Below, one piece after another: positions 9,543 to 14,803 of a DNA stretch of 64,000 bases (its first letter is position 1; each line of letters starts with the position of its first letter). The position numbers and the translations under genes were made by a program. The DNA comes from a virus. The notes under the pieces were generated by a model that did no database searches, was not told where the DNA came from, and was given only the letters and a program-made list of their open reading frames with translations. The stretch lies in IMG/VR virus record IMGVR_UViG_3300005096_000137, positions 64,001 to 128,000 of that record; one strand, written 5' to 3'.

Positions 9543-9667
9543 GGAGGGGTAGCTCAGTTGGTAGAGCGCCAGTAGCATAAAAACAGTTGTGACAAACTTG
9601 CTATTAAGCCGAACATAGCTGATTATCTCGGAACTGGATGTCGCGGGTTCGAGACCCGCCCCCTCCG
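9543..9667 (+). ncRNA. tRNA-shaped RNA with a Y-RNA module replacing the anticodon loop
   Basis: Acceptor GGAGGGG/CCCCTCC, D arm GCTC-AGTTGGTA-GAGC, stem CCAGT/ACTGG, T arm GCGGG-TTCGAGA-CCCGC. The 59-nt insert contains CAGTTGTG/CATAGCTG, ACTTG, AAGCCGAA and TTATC. Confidence 0.85.
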
Positions 9668-9669
9668 CT

Positions 9670-9734
9670 GCCTAAGCCGAAGTCAATGCGTTATCTTTCA
9701 TATGATTACCCGCACCGACATTCACTTGCCAGGC
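9670..9734 (+). ncRNA. minimal Y-RNA-like stem-bulge RNA
   Basis: GCCT/AGGC, AAG/CTT, unpaired CC, GAA/TTC, GTC/GAC, TGCG/CGCA; loop begins TTATC. Confidence 0.8.
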
Positions 9735-9759
9735 TATTTTAGATGTAGACCAATACTTT

Positions 9760-9878
9760 ACGGGGGTAGCTCAGTTGTTAGAGCACCAGCTCGGGCCATT
9801 ACGACAAACTGTCCGGACAGTCTTGTATAACGGGTCACAGGGAGCTGGGGGTCGGTGGTTCAATTCCTCCTCCCCGTA
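9760..9878 (+). ncRNA. tRNA-shaped RNA with a long hairpin in place of the anticodon loop
   Basis: Acceptor ACGGGGG/TCCCCGT, D arm GCTC/GAGC, CCAGCTC/GAGCTGG, T arm GGTGG-TTCAATT-CCTCC. Insert hairpin ACAA-ACTGT-CCGG-ACAGT-C-TTGT. Confidence 0.8.
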
Positions 9879-9883
9879 CTACT

Positions 9884-9949
9884 GCCTAAGCCGAAATCAA
9901 TGCGTTATCTTTCATATGATTACCCGCATTAACATTCACCTGCTATGGC
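9884..9949 (+). ncRNA. minimal Y-RNA-like stem-bulge RNA (copy 2)
   Basis: Near-identical to 9670..9734 with stems retained (AATGCG/CGCATT). Confidence 0.8.
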
Positions 9950-10037
9950 GTTTTGAGTGTAGACCACGGACTACGAGCATCTTAGGCTGCTTATGGCCCT
10001 GGGGTCTCAGTTGTAGTTCAAGTCTGCCGCACTCACC

Positions 10038-10109
10038 TTGGGCGAAGCCGCAGCTCATGCGTTATCCTTGTAAGATTTGCCGCATACAGCATCGACTTGC
10101 TAAGCCCAA
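10038..10109 (+). ncRNA. minimal Y-RNA-like stem-bulge RNA (diverged copy 3)
   Basis: TTGGGC/GCCCAA closing stem, AAGCCG, GCT/AGC, ATGCG/CGCAT, TTATC, ACTTG. Confidence 0.75.
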
Positions 10110-10200
10110 TAATACAAAGTCCCCGCCTTCGGGTGGGGCGTTCGCACAAAGTCCCTGTCCGCCCTTATGGCGGGCAGGGTAGTGATTCAAGGAGAGTAAT

Positions 10201-10572
10201 GTGTCTGATTACGATGAGTTTGAATCTGAGTTTGAAGCCGAGGAATTCAAGGCAGAAATCAAACAGATGCAAGCAGAGTCGCAAGGGGTGGCTCTAGACC
10301 ACGCAATTTATCGAGAAGCTTCACAGCATGCTGTGTTTGATGAATGGCAGATAGTCTCTTTATTGAACCAAGATGCCTACTTCGTGGATGGTTGTGATCT
10401 GGAAGCTGATCCCAAGACAGGTAAGTGTGTCTGTGTGATTCTCCGAGAGAAGGATGAGGGTACTGGTAAAATGTGTAACCACTATTATACACTGAAGAAT
10501 GCCCTGATCCGCCTCCGTCACATAACGCCCAACTTGTTCCTCGCGAACGTGAAGGGGCAATCGGATGACTGA
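10201..10572 (+). CDS. hypothetical protein, PxLF-motif paralog 1
   Basis: AAGGAG RBS; YTLKNALIRLRHITPNLF. Confidence 0.7.
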   Translation: MSDYDEFESEFEAEEFKAEIKQMQAESQGVALDHAIYREASQHAVFDEWQIVSLLNQDAYFVDGCDLEADPKTGKCVCVILREKDEGTGKMCNHYYTLKNALIRLRHITPNLFLANVKGQSDD

Positions 10573-10891
10573 CTCCAAGATACCAACCGAGTTGGAATTG
10601 GCTGAAAAGAAGTACCATTATTTAGTGATTCGAGAATCCATTTTGAAAGCCGCGAAATCACACCGGGTTTACTGGCCATTGCAGATTCTCCTACTTCTTA
10701 GGGACCAAGCTTATATTGAAGGTGGCTATGGTGGCAATTCATATGAGATTCCTTCTGGTGTGGTGCGCGTGAATCTGGATGTAAAAACCTTGAATCCTAC
10801 CAGTCCGGCGAAAAGACTCTATTCTTTAGATCGTGTTATGAAACGACTTCGGCAAATTCATCCAAGTCTATTTAACCTGGGGGTTGAATAA
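10565..10891 (+). CDS. hypothetical protein, PxLF-motif paralog 2
   Basis: YSLDRVMKRLRQIHPSLF. Confidence 0.7.
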   Translation: MTDSKIPTELELAEKKYHYLVIRESILKAAKSHRVYWPLQILLLLRDQAYIEGGYGGNSYEIPSGVVRVNLDVKTLNPTSPAKRLYSLDRVMKRLRQIHPSLFNLGVE

Positions 10892-10896
10892 CCAGA

Positions 10897-11463
10897 ATGA
10901 ACTTTCAGAATACGACTGGGAATTATGCCATTGCAGCCGGTCTGGCCGCTTCTGCGCATACTAAGCAACGTCGGAAAGACCCTGATAGGACCCCCTACAT
11001 CAATCACCCACTTGAAGTTGCCGTCCTCTTAACATATGATGGGCAAGTGGATGATGTGGATACTCTGATCGCAGCAGTCCTTCATGATGTTGTGGAAGAT
11101 ACAGATATCACGCTAGGTTTTATCTTCACCCTGTTTGGTCCCCGAGTGAGGGACATCGTGGCCGAGGTTACTGACGACAAGTCGCTCCCGAGTGCAACAA
11201 GGAAGCAACTACAAATTGACAACGCCCCTGGTAAGTCAGACGCCGCCAAGATGATTAAGATCGCGGATAAGATAGTCAATATCCAAGACATGAGCACAGA
11301 GTCCCCTGTTGGCTGGTCGACTGACCGGAAGTTCGAGTACATTGATTGGGCGACGAAAGTCGTGGCAGGTTGTGCCGGCGTGAATTCTAATTTGGATGCC
11401 ATATTTCACAGTGCGGCTATCCAAGCCAAAGCCAACTGTACTACTGTTGGGAACCATGAGTAA
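10897..11463 (+). CDS. HD-domain small alarmone hydrolase (MESH1/SpoT-HD-like)
   Basis: PYINHP, AAVLHDVVEDT, EVTDDKSLP, RKQLQI, IKIADK. Confidence 0.9.
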   Translation: MNFQNTTGNYAIAAGLAASAHTKQRRKDPDRTPYINHPLEVAVLLTYDGQVDDVDTLIAAVLHDVVEDTDITLGFIFTLFGPRVRDIVAEVTDDKSLPSATRKQLQIDNAPGKSDAAKMIKIADKIVNIQDMSTESPVGWSTDRKFEYIDWATKVVAGCAGVNSNLDAIFHSAAIQAKANCTTVGNHE

Positions 11464-11526
11464 CCTCAATTCTACACGGTAACTCTCCGAGGGTTACTGT
11501 GCAAACTTTATGATTGGAGACAGAGA

Positions 11527-11844
11527 ATGGCAATTACTTTAGACACCACCTATCACGGCGTAGTTCAAGAGGTCCGTAACCTAAGCTACCAATGGGCAGA
11601 CAATTTGGTCGCCCTCTTGATTGTCGAAGCGGCTATGAAGCAAGGGGCTTTTAATCCACAGCAGGTCCGGGTACTTTTAGCAGACGGAGCCACGACTAAT
11701 CCTAATGTCAATCCTCATTTTGGATTACCTCGGGACTTTGAGGTCCGGATAAGTAACAGCCACACAGGGGGTGTCGGGATGTCTCTTGAACAGGCAGTGA
11801 GTTACTTGAAAGAGACCCAGCCCAATTTGTTCCTGGCTGACTAA
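11527..11844 (+). CDS. hypothetical protein, PxLF-motif paralog 3
   Basis: GGAG RBS; MSLEQAVSYLKETQPNLF. Confidence 0.7.
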   Translation: MAITLDTTYHGVVQEVRNLSYQWADNLVALLIVEAAMKQGAFNPQQVRVLLADGATTNPNVNPHFGLPRDFEVRISNSHTGGVGMSLEQAVSYLKETQPNLFLAD

Positions 11845-11851
11845 TACATGT

Positions 11852-11984
11852 AGTCCAAGAGCAACGGAATCAGAACCGAATAATGACTCTAAACTGAATC
11901 GACAAATCTGACCACCCTGGGTGGAGTCCGAGAGCAACGGAATCAGAACCGAATAATGACTCTAAACTGAATCGACAAATCTGA
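11852..11984 (+). repeat. two 60-bp direct repeats separated by a 13-nt hairpin
   Basis: Copies at 11852-11911 and 11925-11984 differ at one base; spacer CCACC-CTG-GGTGG. Confidence 0.95.
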
Positions 11985-11990
11985 ATCGAT

Positions 11991-12137
11991 GCGACTGTGG
12001 TGTAATGGTAGCACACATACTAACTAGGTTGTCAATAACTTGCGCAGAAGAAGTACCTTCGGGGAACCACGCTGAGCCGAATGTTAACCGTTATCTCTTG
12101 CACGAGTGTGGACTAGGTTCAATTCCTAGCAGTCGTT
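11991..12137 (+). ncRNA. tRNA-shaped RNA with a Y-RNA module in the anticodon position, directly upstream of Ro60
   Basis: Acceptor GCGACTG/CAGTCGT, D arm GTGT-AATGGTA-GCAC, CATACT/AGTGTG, T arm CTAGG-TTCAATT-CCTAG. Insert contains GGTTG/TAACC, ACTTG, a cTTCGg hairpin, GAGCCGAA and TTATC. Confidence 0.85.
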
Positions 12138-12165
12138 TTAACAATTTCACTGGAGAACTGAAATC

Positions 12166-13740
12166 ATGTCCTACTCAACTGATATTGGTCGAACTGATCA
12201 AGTTACTAACAACCAAGGTGGTCGTGTCTTCCAGATTGACTGCTGGGCACGCCTAGAGCGGTTCCTCATTCTTGGACACGAGGGTGGGAGCTACTACGCC
12301 GAGCAGCAGAAGCTGACTCTTGAGACAGTTGTTTGTATTGATGAGTGTCTGGCTGAAAGTTCGTACCTCATGGTGAAGGCTATCGTGGACATCAGCCAAT
12401 CAGGACGGGCTCCAAAGAATGACCCGGCCATCTTTGCGCTTGCCTACGTAGTGTCAAAGAAGGACGAGTCATCCCAGTATGCGCTCAAGTTTCTGGGGGA
12501 TGTGTGTCGGATTGGGACACATCTTGCTCAGTTCCTAAATCACTGTAAGAACCTTGGCAGAGGTTGGGGTCCATCATTCACGCGGGCAGTTGCTGAGTGG
12601 TACAACCGTGATCCAGAACGGCTTGCCATGCAGGTGACAAAATACGCGAACCGAAAAGGGTGGACACATCGTGACATTCTCCGCAAGGCGCACCCTTCGT
12701 CCAAGGATAAGAAGCTTGACAACATCTTCTGTTACCTGACCCAACATGCGAAGTGGTCACGCCGGAAGAACTCGGGACCTGCTGATGAGTTCCTGTGTGC
12801 GGTGGATGAAGCTAAGGACTCAAAAACGACCGTGGCTCGGCTCGTGGAACTAATTCAGTTGTATGGGCTGGTGCGCGAGCACATGCCAACCAATGCTTTG
12901 AACAATCGAGAAGTCTGGATGGCGCTGCTTCAAAACATGCCACTCACGGCAATGATTCGCAACCTGGGTAAGATGTCCAGCATTCGACTCCTCACACCCC
13001 TGAGCACTGGTTCAAAGCTGGTGCGGTCTGCACTCGAAGACTCTGGAAACCTAAAGAAACAACGGGTTCATCCCTTGTCATTACTGATTGCGCTCAAGCA
13101 ATATGGCGAAGGTCAGGGTCTTCGTGGCTCCCTTACTTGGGACCCTGTCCCACAGATTATGACAGGCTTGGACAATGCCTTCTATGAGGCGTTTGACTTC
13201 GTGGAGCCGACCAATAAGAACCACCTCCTAGGTGTTGATGTCTCAGGCTCTATGGACTGGACCAACTGTGTTGGGGCAGGTGTTCTCAAATGTTCCGAGG
13301 GTGCAGCAGCTATGGCTATGCTGGCAGCTCGGACAGAAGAGAACACGCACGTCTTTGGTTTTGCCGACGATTTCCGTGACCTGGGTATCACTGCTTCAGA
13401 TTCCTTGCAGACTGCATTGAAGAAGACCGAGACTGGGACCTTCGGCGGTACGGATTGTGGACTCCCCATGCACTACGCCGCCAATCATGGGATTGAGGTG
13501 GATGTGTTCTGCGTCTACACGGACAATGAAACGGGTGGTGGCTACTACAGTCGGACCAAGGACCCACACCAGGAACTTGAACGCTACCGGCAGACAATGG
13601 GACGGGACGCTAAACTGGCAGTGTTCGGGATGGCACAGAACGAGTTTAGTGTTGCTGATCCTAAAGACGCTGGGCAAATGGACTTTGTTGGATTTGATGC
13701 GTCGGCTCCAACTTTACTTGCGAACTTCGTTCGTGACTGA
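12166..13740 (+). CDS. rsr: Ro60/Rsr ortholog (TROVE + vWA domains)
   Basis: NNQGG..F, RLERFLILGHEGGSYY, KYANRKGWTHRDILRKAHP, MPLTAMIRNLGKM, MIDAS DVSGSM, GGTDC, YTDNET, GFD. Confidence 0.95.
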   Translation: MSYSTDIGRTDQVTNNQGGRVFQIDCWARLERFLILGHEGGSYYAEQQKLTLETVVCIDECLAESSYLMVKAIVDISQSGRAPKNDPAIFALAYVVSKKDESSQYALKFLGDVCRIGTHLAQFLNHCKNLGRGWGPSFTRAVAEWYNRDPERLAMQVTKYANRKGWTHRDILRKAHPSSKDKKLDNIFCYLTQHAKWSRRKNSGPADEFLCAVDEAKDSKTTVARLVELIQLYGLVREHMPTNALNNREVWMALLQNMPLTAMIRNLGKMSSIRLLTPLSTGSKLVRSALEDSGNLKKQRVHPLSLLIALKQYGEGQGLRGSLTWDPVPQIMTGLDNAFYEAFDFVEPTNKNHLLGVDVSGSMDWTNCVGAGVLKCSEGAAAMAMLAARTEENTHVFGFADDFRDLGITASDSLQTALKKTETGTFGGTDCGLPMHYAANHGIEVDVFCVYTDNETGGGYYSRTKDPHQELERYRQTMGRDAKLAVFGMAQNEFSVADPKDAGQMDFVGFDASAPTLLANFVRD

Positions 13741-13742
13741 AT

Positions 13743-13922
13743 ATGACGAATAACGAAGACAGCATGACATGTTCCCAATGGGCAGAAGCACATCGAGCCA
13801 ACCCCACTGAGGACACACAAACTCCATCCCCGGAGTTGTTGCGAGTCCTAGAGTGGCAGCGTGAGCAGCGGTCAGTTCGCTGGTTCATAAAGTGGTTGTT
13901 CTCGGATAACAATAATCGCTAG
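13743..13922 (+). CDS. hypothetical 59-aa protein (not in ORF track)
   Basis: ATG 2 nt after the Ro60 stop, open to TAG. Confidence 0.4.
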   Translation: MTNNEDSMTCSQWAEAHRANPTEDTQTPSPELLRVLEWQREQRSVRWFIKWLFSDNNNR

Positions 13923-14006
13923 GAGGTGCCCAATGGTCCCTCTTTGGCCATGCGGTGCTTAGCACCCCGGCTGGACATATCAGTGTGGTTGGTCGCCACG
14001 AGTAGG

Positions 14007-14041
14007 GAGCCAGGTAGATTCATTTCTATCTGGCTCTTTTT
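14007..14041 (+). terminator. intrinsic terminator (first copy of a duplicated cassette)
   Basis: GAGCCAGGTAGA-ttcatt-TCTATCTGGCTC followed by TTTTT. Confidence 0.85.
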
Positions 14042-14046
14042 ATGCC

Positions 14047-14075
14047 TTGCCCAGAACCCCAGCTTCGATTAGAAT
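14047..14075 (+). promoter_or_regulatory. sigma70-type promoter
   Basis: TTGCCC-17-TAGAAT. Confidence 0.6.
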
Positions 14076-14114
14076 GGAGGGGTACCATTTCAACGCCACA
14101 ATGAGGATCAAACT

Positions 14115-14657
14115 ATGATATCTCCAGAGACCCGTGCCCACTTCGCCAAAGAGACCCAGCAGATTAAAGACATGGGGTTCAAGTATGAATTCGCGGACTA
14201 TCCGGCGATTGACGATGGCGGCTGCGACTATACTGGTGTCACCCTGAGTCGGACTGGTTTCGGACGATTGAGTGATAAGTTCACCCATGAGGAGGGGTGG
14301 GGTGTTTGTCCTGGAACCTTCTCCCGTGTGAGACACAATCTATTGATTCTGGTTTCAAAGACCTTTAGGATTATTACACCAGAGATGCACAGGTGGCATG
14401 GTCGCGACAAGTGGGGTCCTAAATTCAGTCCGTTCCCATCTGGGGTCAAGGGGTTTACTGGCATTCACACTCGGGAAGGGTGTGAATTGGCTTGGGCTCA
14501 GCTTCAGTATTTAGGTGTTACAACTGATGAATTCTACGAAATAGCAGAAATCCTGGACGCACCCCGGGTCTTTTATTTGGCTCCGGCTGATCCACCGCCA
14601 GCTACAGACCAGTTTCCCTTGTTCAATGCTATCCGTCGAGGGTTCCAATCCAAGTAG
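14115..14657 (+). CDS. hypothetical protein (moron-like unit)
   Basis: GAGGA RBS; own promoter and terminator. Confidence 0.7.
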   Translation: MISPETRAHFAKETQQIKDMGFKYEFADYPAIDDGGCDYTGVTLSRTGFGRLSDKFTHEEGWGVCPGTFSRVRHNLLILVSKTFRIITPEMHRWHGRDKWGPKFSPFPSGVKGFTGIHTREGCELAWAQLQYLGVTTDEFYEIAEILDAPRVFYLAPADPPPATDQFPLFNAIRRGFQSK

Positions 14658-14681
14658 TTAATTCAATCCGGACAGGATGCT

Positions 14682-14715
14682 GAGCCAGGTAGATTCATTT
14701 CTACCTGGCTCTTTT
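14682..14715 (+). terminator. intrinsic terminator (second copy)
   Basis: GAGCCAGGTAGA/TCTACCTGGCTC followed by TTTT. Confidence 0.85.
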
Positions 14716-14720
14716 ATGCC

Positions 14721-14748
14721 TTGACCTTACATCGGCTTCGATTAGAAT
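14721..14748 (+). promoter_or_regulatory. sigma70-type promoter for the polymerase operon
   Basis: TTGACC-16-TAGAAT. Confidence 0.7.
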
Positions 14749-14803
14749 GGAGGGATACCATTTCAATGCCAGCTCTGGGCAAACAAGAGCATAGGAGACA
14801 CTC

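Noticed and set aside
9775-10297. ORFs 9775..10182 and 10097..10297
   Set aside because: They overlap structured ncRNAs, lack an RBS and show no protein-like features.
11852-11984. Possible mini-CRISPR array
   Set aside because: Only two 60-bp repeats with a 13-nt spacer, and no cas operon; the 22994 nuclease is a typical phage exonuclease.
9543-12137. Calling the three cloverleafs ordinary or intron-containing tRNA genes, or tmRNA
   Set aside because: None has a canonical Y32-U33 anticodon loop. The inserts are too short for group I introns and two carry Y motifs. They keep D stems and are far too short for tmRNA.
12005-12256. ORF 12005..12256
   Set aside because: It overlaps the tRNA-like RNA and the Ro60 start in another frame.
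14007-14771. IS element or diversity-generating retroelement
   Set aside because: No transposase or reverse transcriptase; the repeats are regulatory cassettes.
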